Shown here piece after piece: positions 1 through 10,762 of a stretch of DNA of 32,000 nucleotides. The number at the start of each line of letters is the position of its first letter. The first letter of the stretch is position 1. The stretch covers positions 1,290,001 through 1,322,000 of the forward strand of contig NC_005072.1 in NCBI RefSeq assembly GCF_000011465.1, written 5' to 3'. Source of the stretch: Prochlorococcus marinus subsp. pastoris str. CCMP1986 (lineage in GTDB: Bacteria; Cyanobacteriota; Cyanobacteriia; PCC-6307; Cyanobiaceae). The translations under genes were made by a program, and so were the position numbers. The notes under the pieces were generated by a model. It saw only the letters and a program-made list of their open reading frames with translations. It made no database searches and was not told the DNA's origin.

Positions 1-442
1 CCTCTTCATCAACTATCTTCAATAAATTAATTCTATCTTTTGTTAAAAGAGGATCATTAAGAGTATCATTTTTAAGATAAAAATCAATCAAGGGGCTTTC
101 CAAAACTGTTCCTGGCTTGATTGTAGTCTGTTTACACAGAGATCCATATGCGGTATTTCTAAGAACAACTTCAAGGGGGATGATTTTTATTTTTTGAGCA
201 ATCATTGAATTATTATTTTTGAGTCCAATGTAATGCGTTGGTATGTTGTTTTTTATAAGAAACTCAAATATTTTTGAACTTATAAGACAATTCAATTCCC
301 CTTTGCCCTCAAACTTAGCTTTCTTCAATGCATTAAAAGCAGTTGCATCATCTTTGAATTCAATTATTACTTTATCTGAATCCTCATAAGCAAATATTTT
401 TTTTGCTTTACCTTCATAAATAAACTTTAATTTACTATTCAT
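1..442 (-). CDS. purC: Phosphoribosylaminoimidazole-succinocarboxamide synthase (SAICAR synthetase), N-terminal part, cut by window edge
   Basis: Reverse-strand translation from ATG at 442 reads MNSKLKFIYEGKAKKIFAYEDSDKVIIEFKDDATAFNALKKAKFEGKGELNCLISSKIFEFLIKNNIPTHYIGL..., typical PurC N-terminus. Confidence 0.9.
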   Translation of the reverse strand, partial: MNSKLKFIYEGKAKKIFAYEDSDKVIIEFKDDATAFNALKKAKFEGKGELNCLISSKIFEFLIKNNIPTHYIGLKNNNSMIAQKIKIIPLEVVLRNTAYGSLCKQTTIKPGTVLESPLIDFYLKNDTLNDPLLTKDRINLLKIVDEE

Positions 443-575
443 TAAAAACCCCTTTGAGAACTAAAAATAGAATATAATTTAATTATTAGCTAGTAATAGA
501 AATGTTTAATAGACTAAAAGATCTATTTTTAATTGAAATACATTTCAAACCCTATTATATATAAAGACCCTCTTC

Positions 576-1913
576 ATGAGTATTAATACAATCAACTCTA
601 AAAGTTCTAATAAATTAGAAAATATTTTAATAATTGGTAATGGCGGTCGAGAAAACGCATTAGCATGGGCTATTCAAAAAAATGACTTAATCAAGAAAAT
701 TTATCTACTCCCAGGTAATGCTGGTTCAAAAAAAATAAATAAATCTGAGAGAATTAATTTAGATTTAAAGAATACTAAAGTATTAACCTCAAAACTAAAA
801 TTTCTAAATATTGACTTAATAGTAATAGGACCAGAGACACCTTTGGCAGAGGGCTTAGGAGAGGTTCTTCGGAGAAATAACTTTGATGTGTTTGGTCCTG
901 GACCAGATGGAGCCAAATTAGAATCAAGTAAATCTTGGGCAAAGGAATTTATGAAAGACGCAAATATTCCCACTGCAAATTTTTGGAAAGTTAAGTCATT
1001 AAAGGAAGCAAAAAAAATTATCTTTACATCTCCAAATCCATTAGTAGTAAAAGCTGACGGGTTAGCTTCAGGGAAAGGAGTTTTCATCCCTGAATCAAAA
1101 GAAGCATCTATAAATGCTACGGAAGAAATATTTAAGGGGAAATTTGGTAATGCTGGCGAAATAATTGTTTTGGAAGAAAAAATTGAGGGTCCAGAAGTTT
1201 CGGTTTTTGCTCTTTGCGATGGAAAGAAATATGTTTTACTTCCTACAGCTCAAGATCATAAACGACTTAATGAGAATGATAAAGGGCCAAATACGGGAGG
1301 AATGGGGGCTTATTCTCCTACTCCAATGATGACAAAAAGTCTTCTTGAAACTATTACTAAGGAAATAATTGAGCCTACAATTAATTCATTGTTGCGGAAG
1401 AATATCGACTACAAAGGGGTTCTATATTTTGGCTTAATGATCACAAAATCAGGACCAAAAGTTATAGAATATAACTGTAGATTTGGCGATCCTGAATGCC
1501 AAACAATAATGCCTTTAATGGACAAAGACTTTGTGATTCTTTTACAAAAATGTGCCAAGGGTAATCTTCTCGGAAACGAAAAAATTAAAATGTCGAATAA
1601 ATTCAGCGGTTGTGTAATTGCAACTTCAAAAGGTTACCCTCATAATTATAAAAAAGGTTTTCCGATAACATACGGCAATATCGACTATGAACATTGTCAA
1701 ATCTTCGATTCTGGAACATCATTAAATTCTAAAGGTGAATTTATTACGGATGGAGGGAGAGTGCTTAGTATTGTTTGTCAAGGCGAAGATTTTAATAAAG
1801 TTTTTGAAAAGGCTTATAAGAATTTAAAAGAAATAAGTTTTGACGGTATTTATTATAGAAAAGATATTGGTCATCAAGTCAGAATAAAAAAAATTGCTGA
1901 GAGGACTAACTAA
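576..1913 (+). CDS. purD: Phosphoribosylamine-glycine ligase (GARS)
   Basis: ILIIGNGGRENALAWA start, GPDGAKLESSKSWAKEFM, GPNTGGMGAYSP, YNCRFGDPECQ motifs. Confidence 0.97.
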   Translation: MSINTINSKSSNKLENILIIGNGGRENALAWAIQKNDLIKKIYLLPGNAGSKKINKSERINLDLKNTKVLTSKLKFLNIDLIVIGPETPLAEGLGEVLRRNNFDVFGPGPDGAKLESSKSWAKEFMKDANIPTANFWKVKSLKEAKKIIFTSPNPLVVKADGLASGKGVFIPESKEASINATEEIFKGKFGNAGEIIVLEEKIEGPEVSVFALCDGKKYVLLPTAQDHKRLNENDKGPNTGGMGAYSPTPMMTKSLLETITKEIIEPTINSLLRKNIDYKGVLYFGLMITKSGPKVIEYNCRFGDPECQTIMPLMDKDFVILLQKCAKGNLLGNEKIKMSNKFSGCVIATSKGYPHNYKKGFPITYGNIDYEHCQIFDSGTSLNSKGEFITDGGRVLSIVCQGEDFNKVFEKAYKNLKEISFDGIYYRKDIGHQVRIKKIAERTN

Positions 1914-3983
1914 ATGATAGAGAGCAATGAGCCTAATAAAATAAAACTTAATCCTTCAAAAAAATTTATTGATGAAAATAATCCTGACCACTGGTCAAGC
2001 AGAGTTTTAACTTGGTGGAGTGGTTTTAGTTTAAGAACAAAACTATTAGCTATAGCAACTCTTGTTGTAAGTCTTTTAATGACTGGCATAACATTTTTTG
2101 CTCTTAATAGTATTCAAAGAGATGCTGGTATGAATGACACAAGATACGCACGAGATCTAGGACTTCTACTATCAGGTAATGTTACTGAACTAGTTGCAAA
2201 TAATCAAAGGAAAGAGATATCAAATGTTGCAGAAAAGTTTTGGAGATCAAGTAGAAATTTACGTTATATTTTTTTTACTGATGCTGATGATATTGTTCAA
2301 CTTGGAATTCCAATTAGTGCTACCCCTACAAGTTCAGATAATCAATTTCAATTAACTAGAAGATTAAAGTTACCATCAGAATTAAAGAAAAGACCTCAAT
2401 TTCCTTTAGTAAGACAGCATGCCACCCCTCAAGGACAAGTTACAGATGTATTTGTACCAATGTTATGGAAAGGTAAGTATCTTGGAACATTAGCTTTGGG
2501 AGTTACACCTAATAAAAAGGCTTTGTCGAGTGCAGCATTAACTAGAGAAGTGACAATAGCAGTTTTCATTTCTATTTGGGTTTTAGTGATACTTGGAGCA
2601 GTATTTAATGCATTAACCATTACCAGGCCTGTAAGAGAATTAGTAAAGGGTGTTAGAGAAATTTCAAAAGGCAATTTTAAATCTAGGATCTCTTTACCGA
2701 TGACTGGTGATCTAGGAGAATTACTTACAGGTTTTAACCGAATGGCTTCTCAACTAGAGAATTACGATGAGGCAAATATTGAAGAGCTCAAGGCTGCTCA
2801 GATAAAGCAACAGTCACTAATAGCTACAATGGCAGATGGTGCAATACTTTTGGACTCCAAAGGAAAAATAGTACTAACTAATCCCACAGCAAAAAGACTA
2901 TTTCGTTGGGAAGGTAGATTCTTAGAAGGTAAATATCTTTTAAATGAAATTCCTGAAATTTTATCTAATGACTTACATACAAATATAGAATCAATTTTAA
3001 AAAGAGAAAAGGAAAATGATGATTTGAGGTGCAGCTTAGGCGAACCTGCAAGGACGCTAAGAATTGTTTTACAGTCTGTTTTGGATACAAATAAAGTTGA
3101 ATTAAAAGGAATTGCAGTTACAATTCAAGATTTAACAAGAGAGGTTGAACTTAATGCAGCACAAAATAGATTTATAAGTAACGTTTCTCATGAGCTAAGA
3201 ACTCCACTTTTTAATATAAAAAGTTATGTAGAGACTTTATATGATCTAAAAGATCAACTTTCTAATGAGGAGCAACTTGAATTCTTGGGTATCGCTAATT
3301 CAGAGACTGATAGATTAACAAGACTAGTTAATGATGTACTTGATTTATCTAGATTGGAATCAGGTAAAATAATTCAATTAGAGCCTATGGAAATTAAACC
3401 AGCTATTGAACAAACACTTAGAAATTATAGACTTAATGCTACTGAAAAGAATGTTTCTTTAGCACATGATATCGAAGAAAATATCCCATCAATTCTTGGA
3501 AATTTCGACTTACTATTACAAGTTTTTGATAATTTACTAGGTAATGGTTTGAAATTCAGTCCGAAAAATAGCACTCTTAAAATTAGGGCTTATACTTGGC
3601 CTGATTCATGTCCAGCCTTTCCCCCCAACAACAATAAAGATGCTCCTCAATGTGAATTAGTTTCACCTTTACCCAAAGTAAGAATTGAGATCGCTGATAA
3701 TGGTTCAGGTATATCGCAACCTGACCAAGAAAAAATATTTGATCGTTTTTATAGAGTTGAAAATGCTGTTCATACCGAACAAGGAACAGGATTAGGCTTA
3801 TCAATTGTTAGAGGTATAATTGAGAAACATGGTGGGCAAATTCGAATGGCGAGCGAACTAGGAATCGGCACAACATTTTGGTTTGATTTGCCCCTAGAAC
3901 AATCTGACAAAGATGAATTACTCGCTCAAACAATTAATAATGTCGAAAATTTTTCCGACTCTCAAGTAAGTGAATTATTCTAA
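1914..3983 (+). CDS. nblS: Membrane sensor histidine kinase (NblS/Hik33-type: TM, HAMP, PAS, HisKA, HATPase)
   Basis: N-terminal TM segment, HAMP (ITRPVRELVKGVREIS), H-box FISNVSHELRTPL, N/G boxes NLLGNGLKFSP, DNGSGISQPDQEKIFDRFYR, GTGLGLSIV. Confidence 0.88.
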   Translation: MIESNEPNKIKLNPSKKFIDENNPDHWSSRVLTWWSGFSLRTKLLAIATLVVSLLMTGITFFALNSIQRDAGMNDTRYARDLGLLLSGNVTELVANNQRKEISNVAEKFWRSSRNLRYIFFTDADDIVQLGIPISATPTSSDNQFQLTRRLKLPSELKKRPQFPLVRQHATPQGQVTDVFVPMLWKGKYLGTLALGVTPNKKALSSAALTREVTIAVFISIWVLVILGAVFNALTITRPVRELVKGVREISKGNFKSRISLPMTGDLGELLTGFNRMASQLENYDEANIEELKAAQIKQQSLIATMADGAILLDSKGKIVLTNPTAKRLFRWEGRFLEGKYLLNEIPEILSNDLHTNIESILKREKENDDLRCSLGEPARTLRIVLQSVLDTNKVELKGIAVTIQDLTREVELNAAQNRFISNVSHELRTPLFNIKSYVETLYDLKDQLSNEEQLEFLGIANSETDRLTRLVNDVLDLSRLESGKIIQLEPMEIKPAIEQTLRNYRLNATEKNVSLAHDIEENIPSILGNFDLLLQVFDNLLGNGLKFSPKNSTLKIRAYTWPDSCPAFPPNNNKDAPQCELVSPLPKVRIEIADNGSGISQPDQEKIFDRFYRVENAVHTEQGTGLGLSIVRGIIEKHGGQIRMASELGIGTTFWFDLPLEQSDKDELLAQTINNVENFSDSQVSELF

Positions 3984-5509
3984 TTTTTTTCAATTCCTTT
4001 AAAAACGTTTGGAATACTCTGATCAGAAATAACTCTATGAGGTGCACCGCTAAATATTTGTTCAAAATTAGAAAATGAATCTTTTATTTCAGGCCCTTGG
4101 CCAGTAATTATATATTCTCTTATCCTTTTATCATGCCATGAGCCTCTCATTTTAAAAACATTTATGGCTCTAGCCATCTCCCCTTTAATTTCAACGTATT
4201 GCAATAATAATATCGTATCTGTGATAGTTGAAATATGAGAGTCGGTAATAGAATGACTTCCCATAAATTCTTCTGCAGTATTTGTGAAGAAACCCGCTAT
4301 CTCTTCTTGTTTTGAATAACCAGTAACTCCAATTACAAATTGTCTAAAAGCATTCAAACTTACTCCTCTAGCCAATGCAGAGAGAGAGTCAATTGCCAAT
4401 CTCTTAGGTTTAAATTCATTTATTTGCGATTTTATAATCTGTAAGTGATCTTCTAAACCAGTTGATTCAGGGTATGCACAAATAATTTTTAATAATCCTT
4501 CATTTTCCATCTTTTCAAAATCTATTCCCCAACTAGTAGCATTTCTATTTAGTTGAGCCCTAGATTCTTCATAGGCAAAAAGTATGGCTCTTTCTTTATT
4601 GTTGTAAGCATCTTCAATAAACTTTGATACCAGCATAGTTTTACCCGTACCAGTCGCGCCAGTTGCCAGAATTATTGAATCCTGAAAATAACCCCCTCCA
4701 CACATTTCATCAAGATCTTTAACTCCTGAACTTATTCTTATATTTGAGGATCTTTGCGTTAATCTCATCGCTCCTAAGGCAAAAACAATTATGCCATCAT
4801 CTCCCATTGTGAAAGGAAATTCTCCTTTCATATGTACGGTTCCTCTCAACTTTAAAACTTCTAAAGTTCTTCTTCTTTTCTCTGCCTCAAGAACATTTCT
4901 AAGTAGCACGACATTATCAGATACAAATTCCTCAACGCCATAACGAGCTATTGGGCCATAATCGTCCACCCTTTCTGTCGTCATTACGGTAGTAACTCCT
5001 ATTTCTTTTAATCTCGCAATAAGTCTAAAAATCTCTCTTCTAACAACATAAATAGCATCATATTGCTGAAACACAGCGGTTATTGAGTCTATCGCAACTC
5101 TCTTAGCTTTATATTTTCTTATCGCATAACTAATCCTTTCAATCAAACCTGAAAGATCAAAATTTCCAGCAACATCTTGACCGTCAGGATCAGGAGATGC
5201 ATCCAAAATAAAAAGTTTATTTTGATCAATTAATTTCTGTAAATCCCAACCAAAGCTAGCTGCATTTCTAATAATATCTAAAGGTGATTCTTCAAAGGTA
5301 ATAAAAATTCCTGGCTCATCAAAATTACAAATCCCATGATGTAAATATTGTAAAGAAAAAACAGTTTTACCAGTCCCAGATGTACCACTAACAAGAGTAC
5401 TTCTCGCAGCAGGCAAGCCTCCCCTACAAACATCATCAAAACCCTCAATTCCAGTAGGTATTTTCTGGACTTGCATTTTAATTGATTTACTAATTTTTTT
5501 ATCTTTCAT
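3980..5509 (-). CDS. kaiC: Circadian clock ATPase/autokinase KaiC (double RecA-like domain)
   Basis: Two Walker A motifs (GTSGTGKT and GATGTGKT), double-domain architecture, SITDSHISTITDT phosphosite region, ...INVFKMRGSWHDKRIREY. Confidence 0.97.
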   Translation of the reverse strand: MKDKKISKSIKMQVQKIPTGIEGFDDVCRGGLPAARSTLVSGTSGTGKTVFSLQYLHHGICNFDEPGIFITFEESPLDIIRNAASFGWDLQKLIDQNKLFILDASPDPDGQDVAGNFDLSGLIERISYAIRKYKAKRVAIDSITAVFQQYDAIYVVRREIFRLIARLKEIGVTTVMTTERVDDYGPIARYGVEEFVSDNVVLLRNVLEAEKRRRTLEVLKLRGTVHMKGEFPFTMGDDGIIVFALGAMRLTQRSSNIRISSGVKDLDEMCGGGYFQDSIILATGATGTGKTMLVSKFIEDAYNNKERAILFAYEESRAQLNRNATSWGIDFEKMENEGLLKIICAYPESTGLEDHLQIIKSQINEFKPKRLAIDSLSALARGVSLNAFRQFVIGVTGYSKQEEIAGFFTNTAEEFMGSHSITDSHISTITDTILLLQYVEIKGEMARAINVFKMRGSWHDKRIREYIITGQGPEIKDSFSNFEQIFSGAPHRVISDQSIPNVFKGIEKN

Positions 5510-5571
5510 AGATTTTTGTCAGGAAAATTATTCTATAACTATTGATTTATTTTTAATTATAAAAGTTTTTA

Positions 5572-5895
5572 TTAATTTTTTGTACCTCCACTATATTCAC
5601 TCTCTGATAATTCATCAAAAAGTAAATCTAATCCAATTAAAACCTTTTCTCTATCTGACAAATCACCAATTATTCTTCTAACAGGAGGAGGTAAAATCTT
5701 TGCAAGAGTTGGGGTTGCCAAAATCTTATCTTCTTCAGCAAGTTGAGGTTGTTTAAGAACATCTATTACTTTTAGAGCATAAACTCCTTTAAATTCATTC
5801 TCTAGAATTTCTTTAAGAGTATTCAAAGCTCTCATTGAATTGGGAGTGTTACCTGCTACGTAAAGTTTTAAAATATATGTTTTTCTTGCCACCAT
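5572..5895 (-). CDS. kaiB: Circadian clock protein KaiB (thioredoxin-like fold)
   Basis: [25 protein letters not shown]...[21 protein letters not shown], directly upstream of kaiC on same strand. Confidence 0.97.
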   Translation of the reverse strand: MVARKTYILKLYVAGNTPNSMRALNTLKEILENEFKGVYALKVIDVLKQPQLAEEDKILATPTLAKILPPPVRRIIGDLSDREKVLIGLDLLFDELSESEYSGGTKN

Positions 5896-6040
5896 TTGTT
5901 AAAACCTCAAGTTAAATGAAAGAATTTAATAATAAACCTTGACTAATTACACTATAAAATAAGAAGATAAACAAACATTCAAGACTGCTAAAAAGGCTTA
6001 ATCAAATTAATAAATTTGAGCCTCTCGGCGTCCTCATTAT

Positions 6041-6481
6041 ATGACTTCTTCCAAAAAACCTTCTAACAGTTCTGCAAAAAATGAAAATTTGTATGCAATA
6101 GCTGAAACATCAGGCCAACAATTCTGGTTTGAAGTTGATAAATATTATGATATTGACAGGCTAAATGCTAAAGAAAAAGATAAAATAACTATTGATAAAA
6201 TTCTCCTAATAAAAGATAAAGATAATATTTCACTTGGCCAGCCTTACGTAAAAAATGCAAAAATTGAACTAGAAGTTGTTTCACATAAAAGAGATAAGAA
6301 AATAATCGTATATAAAATGCGTCCTAAAAAGAAGACACGAAGAAAAATGGGCCACAGACAAGAGCTTACAAGAGTTATGGTAAAATCTATATCAATTACA
6401 AACAGTACTCCTAAAACATCTTCAAAGACTGAAGTTAAAAAAAAGAGTACTAGCCCAAAAGCTTCAAATCCTGAAAACTAA
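6041..6481 (+). CDS. rplU: 50S ribosomal protein L21 with extended lysine/serine-rich C-terminus
   Basis: YAIAETSGQQFWFEVDKYYDIDRL...YKMRPKKKTRRKMGHRQELTRVMV, followed by rpmA. Confidence 0.95.
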   Translation: MTSSKKPSNSSAKNENLYAIAETSGQQFWFEVDKYYDIDRLNAKEKDKITIDKILLIKDKDNISLGQPYVKNAKIELEVVSHKRDKKIIVYKMRPKKKTRRKMGHRQELTRVMVKSISITNSTPKTSSKTEVKKKSTSPKASNPEN

Positions 6482-6490
6482 TTTTTACCA

Positions 6491-6751
6491 ATGGCACATA
6501 AAAAAGGTACCGGATCAACCAGAAATGGAAGAGATTCAAATTCTAAAAGACTCGGAGTTAAAGCTTATGGAGGAGAAAAAGTATCAGCAGGGTCTATCAT
6601 AATCCGTCAAAGAGGTACTTCTTTTTTACCAGGAATTAACGTAGGTAAAGGAAAAGATGATACACTTTTCGCCCTAAAAGAGGGAACTGTAAGTTTTGAC
6701 AGTATCAAAAGGAATTTAAGAAACAGAAAAAGAGTAAATGTAGTTCTTTAA
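6491..6751 (+). CDS. rpmA: 50S ribosomal protein L27
   Basis: [62 protein letters not shown]. Confidence 0.98.
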
Positions 6752-7485
6752 TTCTTTTTATAAGATCTTGTCGTAATAAGAATAGGATGAAAAACTTCTA
6801 CAAATTTTAATTGTAGAGTCTTAAAAAATTGTTCAACAATTTGCTCATCATCAACGTGAAAGGGATATTCATTATTTTCTCCTTTGTAAAAGTACCAATT
6901 AAATAATCCAATTGAGTTAGGACCCATAATTTTATGAAAGGTATCGAGATGAAAAGCCGGATCAGATAAATGCTCTAATACATCAAGGCATACGATCGTA
7001 TCAAATCTAGATATTTTTGTTTCCTGAATTGTTTTACAAAAAGTAAGTTTATTATCCACACCAAGTTTTTTAGACCTATATTCAACAAAATCTCTATTTG
7101 TTTTATTTATATCAACGAAAAAAACATGCTCAACCTTTGTAGACATTGCATTAGCTAAAGCATGAGTCCCAATCCCTCCTCCAAAATCTAAGACCAAATT
7201 TCTTGAAAATCTCTGCTGAAGTTTTAACGTGTCAGCAATATAATCCTTACTTGAAATATGCCAGGCGGCCAAATCTGCCAAATGCTTATCTCCAACAATT
7301 TCTTTATAAAAGTCTTCAGCCTCACTTAAACTACCCCCGGGATGAAGATTGGCTAAATCCATCTTTGCGTTTTCGAGGAACCCATCCAAATCACCCTGCT
7401 CGATAGACAAAAATTCCATTAAGTGTGATTTCAAATCAAAAGCATCATCTATAAATTCTTTTATTATGAAATCATCTTTTTTCAA
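6748..7485 (-). CDS. Class I SAM-dependent methyltransferase-like protein, specificity unknown
   Basis: [16 protein letters not shown] (SAM motif I), [16 protein letters not shown] (motif II-like). Confidence 0.75.
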
Positions 7486-7562
7486 TTTCTTACTTTAATA
7501 ATTCCTTATTTAAAAATAATAAAATAGTAAGAAATAGTTCTCATAGGAATCTTAATATTAAA

Positions 7563-8480
7563 ATGGAAATTAAAGATGGATTTATAGCAATAAATAAAGA
7601 GAAAGGATTTACCTCTCATGATTGCGTTAAACAAATAAGGAAATTATTAGGTATCAAAAAAGTTGGTCACACAGGTACTTTAGATCCCGATGTAACAGGT
7701 ACTTTACCAATTGCGATAGGCAGTGCTACAAGATTTATTCAATATTTACCTCAAGGCAAAACCTATATTGGCCAAATCCAATTAGGCATAAGAACAAAAA
7801 CTGATGATATGCAAGGCGAAATTCTTAACAAAAAAGATTGGCCTGTTTTGAGCCATAAGCAATTAGATAAATATTTAAATAACTTCAGAGGTATTATCCA
7901 ACAAGTACCTCCTATAGTATCTAGTGTTCACGTTAATGGAGAAAGAGCATACAAAAAAGCTTTTAAAAATGAGGAATTTGAATTAAAACCAAAAGAGGTA
8001 GAAATAGAAGAATTAGTTCTAAACAAATGGGATCAAATAAATGGAATATTAGAAATAAAAGTGTCTTGTTCCTCAGGAACTTATATAAGATCCATCGCTA
8101 GAGATTTGGGCGGGAGCTTAGATTCTGAGGGTTGTCTTTTGAAACTTAAAAGGATTTCGGCTTGTGGATTCCATGAGAAAAATTCTATAAAGATATCTGA
8201 TCTAAGTGATAATAATGACAAAAACGCACCTTTTATTATTCCCACAATTTCTGCTCTTGATCATATTTCAACACTAGTTTTAGCTAATCAAGAAGAAATT
8301 AACTTTTGGCAAACAGGAAGAATAATTAAATTTGATGCTAATAATTTTGTTAAAAGCCGCTCTTTTGATTACAAAAAACCAATAAAAATTATTGACCCTA
8401 ACAAAATCCTATTAGGAATTGGTTTTATTAATGAAGAAAAAACTATATTACATCCCAAATTAGTTCTTAATGCAAAATAA
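7563..8480 (+). CDS. truB: tRNA pseudouridine(55) synthase
   Basis: [53 protein letters not shown]. Confidence 0.95.
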   Translation: MEIKDGFIAINKEKGFTSHDCVKQIRKLLGIKKVGHTGTLDPDVTGTLPIAIGSATRFIQYLPQGKTYIGQIQLGIRTKTDDMQGEILNKKDWPVLSHKQLDKYLNNFRGIIQQVPPIVSSVHVNGERAYKKAFKNEEFELKPKEVEIEELVLNKWDQINGILEIKVSCSSGTYIRSIARDLGGSLDSEGCLLKLKRISACGFHEKNSIKISDLSDNNDKNAPFIIPTISALDHISTLVLANQEEINFWQTGRIIKFDANNFVKSRSFDYKKPIKIIDPNKILLGIGFINEEKTILHPKLVLNAK

Positions 8481-8484
8481 CTTT

Positions 8485-9678
8485 TTATAAGTAATTTTTG
8501 CTAAACGGTTTAATTCCAACACCCTTATAAAAATGTTTTAATATTCTATCTGCTTTTTGACCTTTGGAAGCCATATATCTTGCACCCCACTGACTCATCC
8601 CTACACCATGGCCAGAGCCTCGACCAAAAACTATTAAAGTTTTTTCAATAGGATTATTAGAATTATCATTATCGGAAATATATTTTTTATCTTCAATGAA
8701 TTTAAACCTCATAAAAGTACTTTTCAGATTCATTCTTTTTCTAATATCAACTCCTGATATTTGATCAGAGCCATATTTGCCAAAAATTTGCACATTTTTT
8801 ACTCTCCCAGTATTAGTTATATTCAAAATCTCAATTTTTTTAATTCCTCCAATTTCAGGGAATAATTTTTGTAATTCTCCGCTTGAGAATTTTTTTTTCC
8901 ATTGTAGTTTTGGATTATTTCTATCAAAATCTCTAACGCTTGATAAATAAGGATATTCATTCTTCCAAACATCTTGACTATTTTCTGTCATACCTCCTGA
9001 ACTACTGTGAAACAAGGCATTAATTAATTTATTTTTATATGTCAAAACTAATGATCTTGTACTTCTTACTGCCCTTATAGTTTTATAGGTTCTTGATTCT
9101 AAGCCATTATAAACTTGATTTTTCTGAGTAGAATCAATATCATAAATTTGATTTCCTTTTTGTTTTAAAGCATAAGTCCTTGAAGCAATAGCCTGTGCTT
9201 TTAATGCCTCTAAAGGCCATTTAGCTGGCATCTCTGAGCCAACAACACTACTCAGATACTTTTCGATTCCAAGGATATTAATCACTAATATCTCAGACTC
9301 AAGAACTAATAGATTTAAAATTCCTGAATATCTTTTCTGGCCAACCCAAATACCTCTACCATCAGAAGATTTAACTACTAATTTTACTTTATTTTTTAAA
9401 TCATAGATTTTTTGTTTGTTCTTATCAAAAAATAATGATGTTGTATTATTTTCTTTTTTTACAGTTAAACCTTTAATTTTTTTATTTGAGAATTTTTGCC
9501 CTTTAATAATTAATGGAATTGATTTATCAGATCTTATCCTTAAATTTCTGTTTTTTGATATTAGAACTCTAATTAATGGTTCTCTGGAGGCGGATACAGA
9601 GTGATTCTGAAAAAGACAAAAAACTATAATCCCAATTAAACATAATTTATTAGAGATTTTTATAGTTTTTAAAATCAC
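8485..9678 (-). CDS. SpoIID/LytB domain-containing secreted protein
   Basis: N-terminal signal/TM, YLSSVVGSEMPAKWPLEALKAQAIASRTYAL, FHSSSGGMTENSQDVW, GRGSGHGVGMSQWGARYMA. Confidence 0.88.
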   Translation of the reverse strand: MILKTIKISNKLCLIGIIVFCLFQNHSVSASREPLIRVLISKNRNLRIRSDKSIPLIIKGQKFSNKKIKGLTVKKENNTTSLFFDKNKQKIYDLKNKVKLVVKSSDGRGIWVGQKRYSGILNLLVLESEILVINILGIEKYLSSVVGSEMPAKWPLEALKAQAIASRTYALKQKGNQIYDIDSTQKNQVYNGLESRTYKTIRAVRSTRSLVLTYKNKLINALFHSSSGGMTENSQDVWKNEYPYLSSVRDFDRNNPKLQWKKKFSSGELQKLFPEIGGIKKIEILNITNTGRVKNVQIFGKYGSDQISGVDIRKRMNLKSTFMRFKFIEDKKYISDNDNSNNPIEKTLIVFGRGSGHGVGMSQWGARYMASKGQKADRILKHFYKGVGIKPFSKNYL

Positions 9679-9764
9679 TATGTCTGAAAAACAAATTTTG
9701 TATTTGCCTTAGTTTGACTAAAAGTCTAGATTAAATCTAGATATTAAAATAAAAATATTTATAA

Positions 9765-10703
9765 GTGAACATTACTTTCTTAGGAACAAGCTCTGGGGTG
9801 CCAACCTTAACAAGAAATGTCTCATCATTAGCACTTAAATTATCTCAAACAGCTGAAGTATGGCTTTTTGACTGCGGAGAAGGAACTCAACATCAGCTAA
9901 TGAAGAGTAATATAAAATCTTCACAAATTAAGAAGATATTTATTACTCATATGCATGGTGATCATATATATGGTTTGCCAGGGCTTTTAGCTACATTAGG
10001 CTTATCAGGTAATAGTAATGGTATTGAAATTTATGGTCCTTCAGAGTTAAAAAGTTTTGTAACTTCCGCACTTGAAAGCAGCTTTTGCAAGTTGTCATTT
10101 CCTTTACGTTTTCGAGCAGTTGAAGATTTCGCCTCATTAAATAAAATTTTATTTGAAAACGATAAGTTAAAAGTACATTGTGCCTGCCTTAAACACAGGC
10201 TACCTGCTTATGGTTATCGTGTGAGCGAGAAAGATAAGCCAGGAGTATTCGATATCAAAAAAGCAGAAGATTCAAATATTCCTCCCGGGCCTATATATTC
10301 AGAATTACAAGCAGGTAAAACAGTTCAATTGAAAGATGGGAGATCTTTTAATGGGCAAGATTTTTGTGGTCCTCCTAGAAAAGGTGAAAGTTTTGTTTAC
10401 TGTACTGATACAGTTTTTAGCAAATCGGCAGTTAACTTATCTAAAAATGCTGATTTACTAGTTCATGAATCTACATTTTCAAAAGAAGATGAAAAAATGG
10501 CTTACGAAAAATTACATTCGACAACAATAATGGCAGCAAAAACTGCACTATTGTCTAACGTCAAGAAATTAATTATCACACATTTAAGCCCAAGATATAC
10601 TCAAAGGAGTTCAATCAAGCCAAGCGATTTGCTAAAAGAAGCTCAAAAAATCTTCCCTAATACTTATCTTGCTAAAGATTTTTTAACCGCAGAAATTAAA
10701 TAA
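9765..10703 (+). CDS. rnz: Ribonuclease Z family metallo-beta-lactamase fold protein
   Basis: [48 protein letters not shown]. Confidence 0.93.
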   Translation: MNITFLGTSSGVPTLTRNVSSLALKLSQTAEVWLFDCGEGTQHQLMKSNIKSSQIKKIFITHMHGDHIYGLPGLLATLGLSGNSNGIEIYGPSELKSFVTSALESSFCKLSFPLRFRAVEDFASLNKILFENDKLKVHCACLKHRLPAYGYRVSEKDKPGVFDIKKAEDSNIPPGPIYSELQAGKTVQLKDGRSFNGQDFCGPPRKGESFVYCTDTVFSKSAVNLSKNADLLVHESTFSKEDEKMAYEKLHSTTIMAAKTALLSNVKKLIITHLSPRYTQRSSIKPSDLLKEAQKIFPNTYLAKDFLTAEIK

Positions 10704-10762
10704 ACTGCAACAGTTCGTGAGCAGTAGGGTTGTAAATGACCAACCCATGAAATAATAGTCTT

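Noticed and set aside
701-1087. 128-aa minus-strand ORF opposite purD
   Set aside because: Fully antisense to a confidently identified gene; composition mirrors the purD coding strand rather than an independent protein.
2429-2674. 81-aa minus-strand ORF inside nblS
   Set aside because: Antisense shadow ORF within a confident kinase gene.
3583-3804. 73-aa plus-strand ORF inside nblS in another frame
   Set aside because: Embedded out of frame in conserved HATPase region; no family signal.
7203-7406. 67-aa plus-strand ORF opposite the methyltransferase
   Set aside because: Antisense to better supported ORF, no recognisable motifs.
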